DNA from: Chlamydiales bacterium
GTDB taxonomy: Bacteria; Chlamydiota; Chlamydiia; Chlamydiales; SM23-39
Assembly: GCA_965261025.1 (NCBI GenBank)
Contig: OZ253438.1
Location: forward strand, 810,001-842,000
Length of the DNA: 32,000 nucleotides
Reading direction: 5' to 3'
Part shown: one piece after another, positions 8,716 through 18,272 of the stretch
Numbering within the stretch: position 1 is the first letter of the stretch
Layout of the letters: each line of letters opens with the position of its first letter
Position numbers and translations under genes: made by a program
The notes under the pieces: model-generated
What the model was told of the DNA's origin: nothing
What the model saw: only the letters and a program-made list of their open reading frames with translations
The model's database searches: none

Positions 8716-8894
8716 AGGAACCTCCGTATATTATAAATAATTTCCCTATTCTTATTTTAATATAAATCTAATATAAAGTCAATTCTTAAAAAGATTGTTA
8801 ATTATTAGTTTTTATTTTAAAAAAATAAATTATTTGTAATAAAAAACAGTTTTTTATAAAATGGAGCCAATTTCTTTTATAAGCAAGGTATTTT
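8716..8894. promoter_or_regulatory. extremely AT-rich divergent intergenic region (probable promoters for both flanking orphan genes)
   Basis: Hand count gives about 13% GC over 8761-8880. TAATATAAA occurs twice, 11 nt apart (8758-8766 and 8769-8777). Divergent ORF starts lie at 8715 and 8895. Confidence 0.4.
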
Positions 8895-9701
8895 ATGGAA
8901 AGTACGATGGGCATTGTATCGGGTGTCTTTAACTATACCCAGGGTAAGATAGGCCCTTATCTAGATAATAAGGCTTTTTCTTTTGTTTCAAAAATAGTTA
9001 CCGCTCCTTTTTATCTCATAAAAGCGTTCTTTTCTCTTGTAAATTCGTATACCTTTTGTTTAGGACAGGTTAAAAAATCATCCATACTAACAACCCCAGA
9101 GGGAAAAGAGAAAACAAGATCTACAGCAGGATCAAGGGGTATAGTAACTGTTTCTCTACCTAACAGCAGTCCCACAACAAATTTCCCAGTCACAGTTATT
9201 CTAGCAGAAGAGGGCACAGAACTAATCGATGAAGGAACAGGAGAAAGACTGGAATTCTACCATGAGGGTCCCCTTCTACAAGTACCAAGATTAGTCCAGA
9301 TAAAGCTATGTGCATTACTCTGTTTATTATATGGACAAGAATTTCTATCTGGAACACAACCCTTCAATACAAAAAAGAATCCACCCAAGGAAGATAACCG
9401 AAACAGAGATCAACTAAAGATAGAAACTATCCCTCCCGAGATTCACTCTGAAACAGCAATCCAAACAACAAACCCACTACAACCTGCGCCAGTAACGAAA
9501 AAGCTATCCAAGGAAGAAAATATTCTCCCACAATCCCTATCTACTTATTGCTCTGCTTTTCCTTATCATCTTTCTAATATCGGGAGGGCAAAAAAGACCG
9601 AGTTCATAAGAAGTTTGTCCTCTTGGAGGGTTTTTTCCCAGCAGGAAAGGCTTGATTTTTCTACAAAAAAGACTCTTAGATCTTCTGCCCTATTTTTTTA
9701 G
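8895..9701 (+). CDS. hypothetical protein (orphan; T/P/S/N-rich C-terminal half)
   Basis: 268-aa ORF downstream of the AT-rich region. I recognise no motif. Its composition differs from the neighbouring K/F/E/L-rich core genes. It overlaps hemY convergently by 26 nt. Confidence 0.5.
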   Translation: MESTMGIVSGVFNYTQGKIGPYLDNKAFSFVSKIVTAPFYLIKAFFSLVNSYTFCLGQVKKSSILTTPEGKEKTRSTAGSRGIVTVSLPNSSPTTNFPVTVILAEEGTELIDEGTGERLEFYHEGPLLQVPRLVQIKLCALLCLLYGQEFLSGTQPFNTKKNPPKEDNRNRDQLKIETIPPEIHSETAIQTTNPLQPAPVTKKLSKEENILPQSLSTYCSAFPYHLSNIGRAKKTEFIRSLSSWRVFSQQERLDFSTKKTLRSSALFF

Positions 9702-11019
9702 AATAGGCTATACAGTCATTTACCGAAACACCTTCTAGATAATTTCCTACTAGGGTAATTTTAGGAAAAGCCTCTTGTAACCTTTTGTGAAGATTTTCTA
9801 TCGTTTCTTTATGATCTTGATAAAATTGCGGAAGCGCTTTGATAGCCTTAGTAACAGAAAACGCCTTAGGCTCTTCTTCAATCTTTAGATACTTTTTAAT
9901 ACTGTTTCGAGCTATCTCTACAAGCTCCTTCTCCGTTTTTTCCGCTACTTCGGGATGCTGAGCTCCCCCTAACATTACCCCTAAAGCAGTCATTTGTGAA
10001 AAATCCATTTTCTCCGGGAAAACAGAAGATTCAAAAAGCGTTCCCATATGCATATCTTTTTGCAGAGAGGGAACCAGATAGCCAAAAAATCTCTCTGAAA
10101 AGAACTCTCTTTCAAAACCCAAGTTTACAGAAGCCACAGAAGCGCACTCTATTTGAGAAAGAATTGTGTGAACCTTTTTATCTAAAGGGAAAAATAGCCT
10201 CTGGGTTTCTTGTTTAGGAAGCGCTAAATAAAGCTCCTCTGTTTCAAAGGTTTTTTGGGGGGTAAAAATTAGGATCTTTTCCCCTTGAGGCTCTATTTTT
10301 GATACTTCTGTGCCCAGATGAAAAGTCACTTTCTTTAATGCTTTTGCTAAAGCCTGTATGAGAGAAAAATTTCCCTTTCTAAAACTCACTAAACCAACGT
10401 AGGAAAGCTGCCTAGAAAGTTTTTGCTGCATCTGAAAAGCTCTCATAGCAGAAAGTATCGATTTTTTTTGTTTTACTGCTTCGTATAGAGAAGGGAAACA
10501 CTCTTTCATAGAAAGTTTCTTTGCGTTTCCTGCATAAATCCCCAAGGTAAACGGATCAAAAAGTATTTCTGCTGCATGTTTACCCAGTCTTTTTTCTACA
10601 AAGGCGTGTATTGTTTCCTTTTCCTCAAATCTTTTCGGAAAGATAAAGTCTTTAAGAAGAGGCAAACAAACTTTCCTTGTCAAAGAAGAGCGCAAAAAAG
10701 AAAAAGGACCTGTGGGAATTTTTCTTAGCCTCTTGCGGTGATAGATATATCTTGTTTCTGCTCCTGGGCAAGAGTGAATTACCTCTCTTTGAAGATCTAG
10801 CTCTTTGACAAGGGATAATATCTCTTCTGCTCTGCTTGCTTTAAAGCATCTAGGCCCTTTTTCAAATAAAAAACCCCCTACTTTTTCGCTATGACACCAA
10901 CCTCCTAATCTTTCCCTTTTTTCCAAAAGAGTAATCTGGGCCTCTGGCTCTTTTTTCTGGATAAAATAAGCGAGGCTAAGACCTGAAATTCCTCCTCCCA
11001 AAATAGTGATCTTTCTCAT
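9676..11019 (-). CDS. hemY: protoporphyrinogen oxidase, FAD-dependent (HemY type; often annotated hemG in chlamydiae)
   Basis: N-terminal dinucleotide-binding motif ITILGGGISGLSLAYF..LLEKRERLGG. 447 aa. It is the last gene of a tkt-hemE-hemN-hemY run on the minus strand. Confidence 0.85.
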   Translation of the reverse strand: MRKITILGGGISGLSLAYFIQKKEPEAQITLLEKRERLGGWCHSEKVGGFLFEKGPRCFKASRAEEILSLVKELDLQREVIHSCPGAETRYIYHRKRLRKIPTGPFSFLRSSLTRKVCLPLLKDFIFPKRFEEKETIHAFVEKRLGKHAAEILFDPFTLGIYAGNAKKLSMKECFPSLYEAVKQKKSILSAMRAFQMQQKLSRQLSYVGLVSFRKGNFSLIQALAKALKKVTFHLGTEVSKIEPQGEKILIFTPQKTFETEELYLALPKQETQRLFFPLDKKVHTILSQIECASVASVNLGFEREFFSERFFGYLVPSLQKDMHMGTLFESSVFPEKMDFSQMTALGVMLGGAQHPEVAEKTEKELVEIARNSIKKYLKIEEEPKAFSVTKAIKALPQFYQDHKETIENLHKRLQEAFPKITLVGNYLEGVSVNDCIAYSKKIGQKI

Positions 11020-11023
11020 ATGC

Positions 11024-12403
11024 CTAAATCCCTTTTGCGTAAGTGTTTTCTTTCATCTCGTAATATGCGTCAAATAAGGAAGCTATATTCCTCAAAAAAA
11101 AAGAGCCTTTTTCTGTTACTTTTAGCTCTTGCTCCCCATCTTGTAAAAATCCTTTTTCTTCCGCTTTTTTATAACAAGGAAAAAAAAGTTCTTCAAAGGA
11201 TTTGGCAAACTTCTGTAGAAAAGGCTTTTTCTCTACTCTCTGATAGCACATAATCTGTTGAATAACCCAGTATCTTAATTGATCCTGGGGGGTTAAGAAA
11301 AACCCCCTACAAACTGGACTTTTTTTTCTACGAATAAGCGCATAGTACTCTGAAAGAGTTTTGACATTTTGAACATAGAGCCCAAATCCTTCTCCTTGCA
11401 AAAAACCAATCGAGGTTACCCCTAAGCCTACATACTGAGAAGCTTTTTGCACAGCGTATCCTTGGAAGTTACGAATAAGTTTTTTTTCCTTCAAAGCGCA
11501 TACCAAACTATCTTCTTTTTTCGCAAAGTGGTCCATACCAATTGCTACATATCCTTTTTCTTGAAATAGTTCTTTCGCTTTTTGATAGAGTTGAAATTTT
11601 TCCAAAGAAGAAGGAAGCATTTTCTCTTCTAGGGCCCTTTGATGTTTTTTCAACCAAGGAACATGGGCGTAGGAAAAAAGCGCTATTCGATCTACAGAAA
11701 AAAGCAAAATTTCCTCCAAGGTTCTAGTAAAAGAAAAAAGGCTTTGTAAGGGAAGACCGTAAATCAGATCAACATTGATACTAGAAAAATTTAGCTTTTT
11801 GGCTTTCTCAATAGTTTCAAGGGTCATTCGGTACGATTGTCTTCTTTTGATAGCTTCTTGCACCTTAGAGTCTAGATCTTGAACTCCAAAACTAATCCTA
11901 TCTACTCCTAGATCTTTTAAAAACCTTAACTTTTTTCCCTTGTCTTGAAAAACTGACCTGGGATCTACTTCTATGGCAATCTCTGTTTTTTTTGAAAAAA
12001 TAAAATACTGCTTCAATTTTATAAAAAGCGCTTCTAATTCCCCTTCTTCTAAAGAAGTAGGAGTTCCTCCTCCTAAGTGGATCTCTACAAGCTCTATCCT
12101 CCCCTTTGCTTGATAAAACAGCTCCATCTCTGCAAAAAGCGCCTTTAGATAAATCTCTCTATTTTCTTTTTTTCGATTTAAGACCACAGAACAAGCGCAA
12201 AAAAGACACATTTTTTGGCAAAAGGGAATATGAATATACAAGGAAAAAGGCTCTCTTACCTTTTGTAGCCCCTGCAGATAATCTTGAACAGAGATAGGAT
12301 AAAAATGGGGCACAGTAGGATAGCTAGTATACCGTGGAACAGAATAGTTAAACTCCCGTACTAAGGAGAGTTTTTCCTTTAGGGGAAGGTTTTTGAAGGG
12401 CAT
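11024..12403 (-). CDS. hemN: oxygen-independent coproporphyrinogen-III oxidase (radical SAM)
   Basis: FNYSVPRYTSYPT N-terminal motif, CQKMCLFCAC radical-SAM cluster and GGGTPT. 459 aa. Confidence 0.9.
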   Translation of the reverse strand: MPFKNLPLKEKLSLVREFNYSVPRYTSYPTVPHFYPISVQDYLQGLQKVREPFSLYIHIPFCQKMCLFCACSVVLNRKKENREIYLKALFAEMELFYQAKGRIELVEIHLGGGTPTSLEEGELEALFIKLKQYFIFSKKTEIAIEVDPRSVFQDKGKKLRFLKDLGVDRISFGVQDLDSKVQEAIKRRQSYRMTLETIEKAKKLNFSSINVDLIYGLPLQSLFSFTRTLEEILLFSVDRIALFSYAHVPWLKKHQRALEEKMLPSSLEKFQLYQKAKELFQEKGYVAIGMDHFAKKEDSLVCALKEKKLIRNFQGYAVQKASQYVGLGVTSIGFLQGEGFGLYVQNVKTLSEYYALIRRKKSPVCRGFFLTPQDQLRYWVIQQIMCYQRVEKKPFLQKFAKSFEELFFPCYKKAEEKGFLQDGEQELKVTEKGSFFLRNIASLFDAYYEMKENTYAKGI

Positions 12404-13364
12404 ATTTTTTTACCATACGGACGAAATGCTGAACAGAAGGAAAAGCAACATTAGGCCAGATCCCCTGTCCCAAGTTCACGATGTATCCCGGTTCTTGCCT
12501 CATAGCAGATACCATCTTTTCTACTTTTTGTTCAATCTCGGAAAAGTTTAGAAAAAGATCCTCTACAGCAAAGTTACCTTGAAGAGAAATACTTTTAGGA
12601 ATATTTTTTCGATATTCCTTTAAAGAAAGGGTGCTGTCTACACTTATAGCGGAAGGGTGCAAGGAACTAATTTTTTCTATTTTACCAAGACAAGAAGGTG
12701 CGTAGAGAATAAAAGAAATAGAAATAGTCTTACAAAGCTTTTGTAGAAAAGGGAAAGAAAATTCTTCCCATAGAGAAAAAGATAAAACATCTAAGTGGCT
12801 TTCAAAAACTTGTACAGCCTCTACTTTTTTCTCAATCTGAGACTGCAAAAAAAGGATACAGGCCTCTGTGATCCTTTCAAGGTACTCTTTTGCTTTTTTC
12901 GGATTTTCCCGGATAAAGATCTTGGTCTTCTGAAAGGGATATCGGTCGTTTAAAAAATAGCAAAAAACCGTAAATGGAGCCCCGCAAAACCCTAAGATAG
13001 GCACGGAAAGAAAAGGGCGTGCTCTTTCCAAGGTCTCTTGAACATAAGAAAAGGCTTTTCCTGTTTTTTTTTTAGAAAAAAGCACATAAGGCCCTTTTTT
13101 ATCTAAGAAAGTGACCTCACATCCCATTTGCTCTAAGGCAAGAGTAATATCAGAAAATATAATGGCTGCATCCAAGCTCAAATCTTGAAAGGGAAGAAGC
13201 ATTACCTTGCAAGCAAGCTTTGGCTCTTTAAAAAGTTTTTGAAGAGGGTATTTCCTACGAAAACTTTGATAGGAAGGGAGATACCTACCCGCTTGCCTCA
13301 TGATCCAGATAGGAAAAAGTCCTGTTTCTTTGTCCTCTAGCGCTTTTAAAAAATTTGCTTTCAC
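12348..13364 (-). CDS. hemE: uroporphyrinogen decarboxylase
   Basis: PIWIMRQAGRYLPSY signature near the N-terminus. GTG start at 13364 forms a GTGA overlap with the tkt stop. The 3' end overlaps hemN by 56 nt. Confidence 0.9.
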   Translation of the reverse strand: MKANFLKALEDKETGLFPIWIMRQAGRYLPSYQSFRRKYPLQKLFKEPKLACKVMLLPFQDLSLDAAIIFSDITLALEQMGCEVTFLDKKGPYVLFSKKKTGKAFSYVQETLERARPFLSVPILGFCGAPFTVFCYFLNDRYPFQKTKIFIRENPKKAKEYLERITEACILFLQSQIEKKVEAVQVFESHLDVLSFSLWEEFSFPFLQKLCKTISISFILYAPSCLGKIEKISSLHPSAISVDSTLSLKEYRKNIPKSISLQGNFAVEDLFLNFSEIEQKVEKMVSAMRQEPGYIVNLGQGIWPNVAFPSVQHFVRMVKKYALQKPSPKGKTLLSTGV

Positions 13365-15355
13365 GTCTTCGCTAAAAGTCTTTCTAAGATAGAATCTACA
13401 TGAAACCCAAATTCCTCTTCTAAATCCTGAATGGGAGCAGACTTACCAAATCCTTCTACTGCAATACAAATTCCCTCAAGCCCTACATACCTAGCCCATC
13501 CAAAATCAGAAGCGGCCTCAATGCTTACCCTTTTTCCGGAATCCTTCCCTAAAACAGTTTGTTTATAGCTCTCTTCTTGTTTATCAAAAAGCTGCCAACA
13601 AGGAAAGGAAACTACTCTTACCTTTTTCTCCATCTTCTCTAAACGCTCTGCTACTTCTAAAGCTAAAAAAAGCTCCGACCCTGTTGCCATTAGGGTAAAG
13701 TCTACTTTCCCCTCTTCTTTTTTTACAAAATAAGCTCCTCTTTTTAGACCCTCTTCATAAGATAGCTCTGTCTGTTTCAAAGAAGGTAAATTCTGTCTGC
13801 TTAAGATAAGGGCTGTAGGCCCTTTGTACTCTAAAGCAGCAATCCAAGCCATTTTTACTTCCCAACCATCTGCAGGACGAATCACTTGAAGATGTGGTAT
13901 AGCTCTTAAACAAGCTAGGTGTTCTACTGGCTGATGCGTAGGACCATCTTCTCCTAAAAAGATAGAGTCATGAGTAAACTGATAAATCACATGATAGGAA
14001 GAAAGACAAGCAAGTCGAATGGCATTTCTCATGTAGTCAGAGAAAGTTAAAAAGGTCCCACAAAAAGGCAGGATCATCCCTACTCTAGAAAGCCCATTTA
14101 CTATCCCCGACATAGCAAACTCTCTCACTCCAAACTTGATATTTTTTCCAGAAAAATCTCCTTTTTTGATCAAGGCAAAATCTTTCATCATAGTCATATC
14201 CGATCCAGAAAGATCTGCAGAGCCCCCATAAAGCTGTGGAATCTTCTTTCCCAAAAGCTGCAACACCTCATTCGAAGCCGATCTTCCTGAAATTTGCGCT
14301 TTCATAGAAACTTGACTTATTTCTTGTTCTAAATCCTTTGGTAAAAGACCTTCTTTCATAACTTCCCACTGCTCAAATAGGGAAGGGTGCACTTTCGACC
14401 ATTTACGCACCAAATCTTCCCACTCTTCCTGCTTTTCTTTTCCCTTTTCTTTCTTTTCTTCAAAAAAAGAAATGACTACCTGAGGAACATAAAATGGTTC
14501 TGAGGAAGTAAGGCAAAGCCCTTTTTTTGTTAAAGCAGCTTCTTCCTCTCCTAAAGGAGCGCCATGAACCTTATGGGTTCCAGCTTTATTCGGAGAGCCT
14601 CTTCCTATGATCGTATGTGCTACGATAAGGGTTGGTTTTTTTTGAGAAGAAAGAGCCTCAAAAACTCTATCTACTTCCTCAAAATCATACGGATTCATCT
14701 CCACAACATCCCAGCCGTAGGCTCTATAGCGCATTTTCACATCTTCTGAAAAACACTCAGAAATAGGTCCGTCCAAACAGATATGGTTTGCATCATAGAG
14801 CAAAACCAGATTGTCTAAATTCCAAAATCCCGCTAAAGAAGAGGCTTCTGAAGAGATCCCCTCCATAAGACATCCATCTCCTGCTAAACAATACACCTTA
14901 TTATCGATTAACTGAAAATCTTGGGTGTTAAATTTTTGAGCTATAATTTTTAATCCCAAAGCCATCCCTACCGAATTAGCAATCCCTTGCCCTAAGGGAC
15001 CTGTGGTCACTTCTACTCCAGGTGTTTCAGGAAATTCAGGATGACCTGGAGTTTTAGAGTGAAGTTGTCTAAAGTTTTTGATTTCCTCTAAGGAAAGATC
15101 ATATCCTGCTAAATGAAGCAAAGAATAAAGCCACATGGAACCGTGACCTGCAGAAAGAACAAGGCGGTCTCGATTCACCCAATTGGGATCTTTTGGATTA
15201 TATTTCAAAATTTTTCCATACAGATAAGCTCCTATCTCAGCGCATCCTAGAGGCAACCCTGGATGCCCTGAACCCGCTTTTTGTATCGCGTCAATAGAAA
15301 GTCCTTTCACTGTATCTGCGATTTTTTGTAGTTGACTTTTCAGTTCTTCATTCAT
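13361..15355 (-). CDS. tkt: transketolase
   Basis: SGHPG and GDGCLMEGISSEA thiamine-diphosphate motifs. Typical length of 664 aa. Confidence 0.95.
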   Translation of the reverse strand: MNEELKSQLQKIADTVKGLSIDAIQKAGSGHPGLPLGCAEIGAYLYGKILKYNPKDPNWVNRDRLVLSAGHGSMWLYSLLHLAGYDLSLEEIKNFRQLHSKTPGHPEFPETPGVEVTTGPLGQGIANSVGMALGLKIIAQKFNTQDFQLIDNKVYCLAGDGCLMEGISSEASSLAGFWNLDNLVLLYDANHICLDGPISECFSEDVKMRYRAYGWDVVEMNPYDFEEVDRVFEALSSQKKPTLIVAHTIIGRGSPNKAGTHKVHGAPLGEEEAALTKKGLCLTSSEPFYVPQVVISFFEEKKEKGKEKQEEWEDLVRKWSKVHPSLFEQWEVMKEGLLPKDLEQEISQVSMKAQISGRSASNEVLQLLGKKIPQLYGGSADLSGSDMTMMKDFALIKKGDFSGKNIKFGVREFAMSGIVNGLSRVGMILPFCGTFLTFSDYMRNAIRLACLSSYHVIYQFTHDSIFLGEDGPTHQPVEHLACLRAIPHLQVIRPADGWEVKMAWIAALEYKGPTALILSRQNLPSLKQTELSYEEGLKRGAYFVKKEEGKVDFTLMATGSELFLALEVAERLEKMEKKVRVVSFPCWQLFDKQEESYKQTVLGKDSGKRVSIEAASDFGWARYVGLEGICIAVEGFGKSAPIQDLEEEFGFHVDSILERLLAKT

Positions 15356-15388
15356 GCAAATAAACCTTTAGATTTTCCTTGAAAGCTA

Positions 15389-15414
15389 CCTTTTTACCTA
15401 TCCTTTTTACCTAT
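15389..15414. repeat. perfect 13-bp tandem duplication (CCTTTTTACCTAT x2) in the tkt/alaS divergent intergenic region
   Basis: Read directly: 15389-15401 is identical to 15402-15414, followed by a partial third copy CCTT. Confidence 0.9.
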
Positions 15415-15659
15415 CCTTCTACAAAAGGCGCAAGAAAAAAGGAGAAGGGTAAACTCTGATCTAGAAGTGCTCTTCTTCTTAAGGAAGTAACCTTGTTATG
15501 ATAAGACCTTATAACCTTACCTTGAGGTGGAAGCGCTTTCTTGAAACCACCTACGGTCCACATTTTGCCCAAGAGCCTAGTTACGAAGCAAGAACTTTGA
15601 CTTTTCTCTTCTTTTTGTTTACCCTTGAAGTACCTGCAAATAAGGAGATCTTTTCCCCA

Positions 15660-18272
15660 ATGCTATCTGATAGTTTGAGAAAAAAATTTCTACACTATTT
15701 TGAAAAAAAAGGACACCGCGTTTTTCCTTCTGCCCCTGTAATCCCTTTTCAAGATCCTTCTCTGCTTTTCATCAATGCGGGAATGAACCCTTTTAAAGAT
15801 ATTTTTCTAGGTAAAGAGCTGCCTAAAACCAAAAGAGCTGCCTCCTCTCAAAAATGTATTCGAGCAGGAGGAAAACATAACGACTTAGAAAACGTAGGAC
15901 ATACTTCACGACATCTAACCTTTTTTGAAATGTTAGGAAATTTCTCTTTCGGGGACTATTTCAAAAAAGAGGCTATAGCCTATGCCTGGGAAGTAGCCAC
16001 CGAAATTTTGGAGATAGAAGTAGAAAAAATCTGGGTTACTGTTTTTGAAAAAGATGAAGAAAGTCTTGAGCTTTGGAAGCCTTTTCTTCCCTTTTCCCGA
16101 ATAGTGAAGATGGGGGAAAAAGATAATTTTTGGTCTATGGGAGATATAGGCCCTTGCGGGCCTTGCTCTGAACTTTTATTCGATAGAGGAGAAAAATTTT
16201 CCTCTGCCAAGAATCCTTTAGAGGACGAAAAAGGGGAACGCTTTTTTGAGTTTTGGAATCTTGTTTTCATGGAAAACCAAAAACAAGCTTCTGGAGAGCT
16301 TATAGAGCTCCCTAGCAAAAGTATTGACACAGGGGTCGGGCTAGAAAGGCTTGCCCTGTTAAAGATGGGTGTAGATAACGTCTTTGAAACAGATATTTTA
16401 CAGGCTTTGATCCAGGCAATAGTAAAAGTTACCCGTATTCCTTTTTCTTCGGAAAAAAAGAGCTGCTTTTACGTTATCGCTGATCACATTCGTTCTTTGA
16501 GCTTTGCTATAGCAGATGGGGCTTGCCCTAGTAATCTGGATAGGGGCTATGTACTTCGTAAAATTTTGCGAAGGGCCGTTCGATATGGAAGGCAGCTTGG
16601 TCTGAAAGCGCCGTTTTTATCTGATCTAGTTACCCCTTTAGTAAATCTAATGGGAGAGGCTTATCCCGAGATAAAACAAAGCTCTAACAGAATAGAAGAG
16701 ATTCTCTACCAAGAAGAAGAGAGTTTCCTAAAGACCCTGCAAAAGGGGGGCGATATCCTACAGTCTATATTAGAGTCTTCAAAAAAAGAGGGATTTTTAT
16801 CTGGAAAGGATGCCTTCAAGCTAAAGGATACCTACGGACTTCCCTTAGAAGAAATTCGTTTAATGGCTCACGATTATCAGCTAAAGGTGGATACAAAAGA
16901 ATTTGAGCATTTAGAGAAAAAAGCGAGAGAGCTCTCCCAAAAGGCTCACTGGAAAAAAAGGGAGCACATTTGTCAAGGCCTTTCCTTTTCTGAAATTCCT
17001 CCTACTGTGTTCACCGGTTATCAAGAAAAAGAGGAATTTTCTCCAATTGGGGGTATTTTAAAGGAGGGAAAATGGGTCCTTTCCCTGGAAGAAGGAGAAG
17101 AAGGGGTTTTATTTTTAGAAAAGACCCCTTTCTATGCAGAAATGGGAGGACAAGTCGGTGATACAGGTCATATCACCAAAAAGCAGGCGGGTTTTTTGGT
17201 AGAAGATACCAAAGCTTTTTCGAAAAACTGGATAGGTCATGTAGGAAGAGTAGAGAAAGGCTCTTTCTGTGTACAAGACTCTGTAAAAGCTCTTTTTGAC
17301 TACTCTAGAAGGATAAAAATCCAAAATAACCACACAGCAACCCATCTATTGCACTGGGCTTTACAAAAGGTTTTAGGAGAACATATTAAACAAGCAGGTT
17401 CTTTAGTAGAAGAGAAGAGGTTTCGTTTTGATTTTTCCCATCATAAAACTATTTCCACTTTGGAACTTTTTAAGATAGAGCTTTTGATTCAAGAGAAAAT
17501 CTGTGAAAACTTGGCTGTATCCACTTATGAAATTCCTTATAAACAGGCGCAAAAAGATCCCCATATAAAGCAATTTTTTGGAGACAAATATGAGGAAAGA
17601 GTAAGAGTTGTGGATATGTTCTTTTCTAAAGAACTTTGCGGAGGAACCCATACTTCATTTACAGGAACTATTGGAACCGTAAAAGTGGTAAAAGAAAGTA
17701 GCATTGCAGCAGGCACCCGGAGAATCGAAGCAGTAACGGCAGTAGAAGCGCAAAATTTTATACAAGAAAGAGAAAAACTCTTATACCGAATTGCGGAACA
17801 ATTAAAGACCCCTCCTTCTAAACTAGAACTCAAAATTTTCTCCCTAATAGAAGAAAAAGAAGGACTCGAAAAACAGGTAAAAAAATCCCTGCAATCTCTA
17901 CAAAAAGAACTAGCTAAGAAACTGCAAGAAAAGGTCTTTTCCCAAAAGGGGTTTTCTTTAATCTGTGAAGAAGTAGACTTTCCCCCTTCTGAACTGATGG
18001 CTCTTTCAGAAGAAGCCTCTAAAGGGCTTTCTCCTTCTGTAATTATTTTAGGTTCCAAAAAAGATCTTTCTTGTCTTATAGTTGCCCGCATTTCCCAAGC
18101 GCTTTCTTGCTTTGATGCAAGAGAGCTTTTACAGAAAATAGCCCCTTTAATCCAGGGTGGTGCTGGAGGAAAAAAAACCTTTGCCCAAGCCGGAGGAAAA
18201 AAGGGAGAAAATTTATCCACTGCTTTATCCAAATTGAAACAAGACCTTGAAGATCCCTCTTTTAAAAAGTAA
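15660..18272 (+). CDS. alaS: alanine--tRNA ligase
   Basis: The track ORF 15498..18272 is trimmed to the ATG at 15660 (MLSDSLRKKFLHYFEKKGHRVFPSAPVIP..LLFINAGMNPFK), with AAGGAG at 15642-15647. HTATHLLHWAL and CGGTH motifs are present. Confidence 0.93.
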   Translation: MLSDSLRKKFLHYFEKKGHRVFPSAPVIPFQDPSLLFINAGMNPFKDIFLGKELPKTKRAASSQKCIRAGGKHNDLENVGHTSRHLTFFEMLGNFSFGDYFKKEAIAYAWEVATEILEIEVEKIWVTVFEKDEESLELWKPFLPFSRIVKMGEKDNFWSMGDIGPCGPCSELLFDRGEKFSSAKNPLEDEKGERFFEFWNLVFMENQKQASGELIELPSKSIDTGVGLERLALLKMGVDNVFETDILQALIQAIVKVTRIPFSSEKKSCFYVIADHIRSLSFAIADGACPSNLDRGYVLRKILRRAVRYGRQLGLKAPFLSDLVTPLVNLMGEAYPEIKQSSNRIEEILYQEEESFLKTLQKGGDILQSILESSKKEGFLSGKDAFKLKDTYGLPLEEIRLMAHDYQLKVDTKEFEHLEKKARELSQKAHWKKREHICQGLSFSEIPPTVFTGYQEKEEFSPIGGILKEGKWVLSLEEGEEGVLFLEKTPFYAEMGGQVGDTGHITKKQAGFLVEDTKAFSKNWIGHVGRVEKGSFCVQDSVKALFDYSRRIKIQNNHTATHLLHWALQKVLGEHIKQAGSLVEEKRFRFDFSHHKTISTLELFKIELLIQEKICENLAVSTYEIPYKQAQKDPHIKQFFGDKYEERVRVVDMFFSKELCGGTHTSFTGTIGTVKVVKESSIAAGTRRIEAVTAVEAQNFIQEREKLLYRIAEQLKTPPSKLELKIFSLIEEKEGLEKQVKKSLQSLQKELAKKLQEKVFSQKGFSLICEEVDFPPSELMALSEEASKGLSPSVIILGSKKDLSCLIVARISQALSCFDARELLQKIAPLIQGGAGGKKTFAQAGGKKGENLSTALSKLKQDLEDPSFKK

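Noticed and set aside
11020-11253. Small + strand ORFs inside hemN, hemY and tkt (11020-11253, 11542-11727, 12106-12297, 9996-10217 and 14564-14749).
   Set aside because: They are antisense to well-supported enzyme genes and encode low-complexity peptides.
15498-15659. An upstream 54-codon extension of alaS.
   Set aside because: AlaRS homology starts at MLSDSLRKKF (15660), which has an AAGGAG upstream. The extension has no similarity to AlaRS N-termini.
17537-18232. A long antisense ORF (231 aa) inside alaS. Similar antisense ORFs occur at 15980-16330, 17115-17345, 17403-17651, 4474-4731, 4843-5196, 3402-3665, 19430-19840, 20130-20360, 20530-20790, 21007-21234, 29251-29679 and 29878-30126.
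   Set aside because: All lie opposite genes with strong family motifs, and their products are low-complexity (S/F/K/L-rich). They are the expected by-product of AAR/GAR/TTY-biased codon usage in AT-rich DNA.
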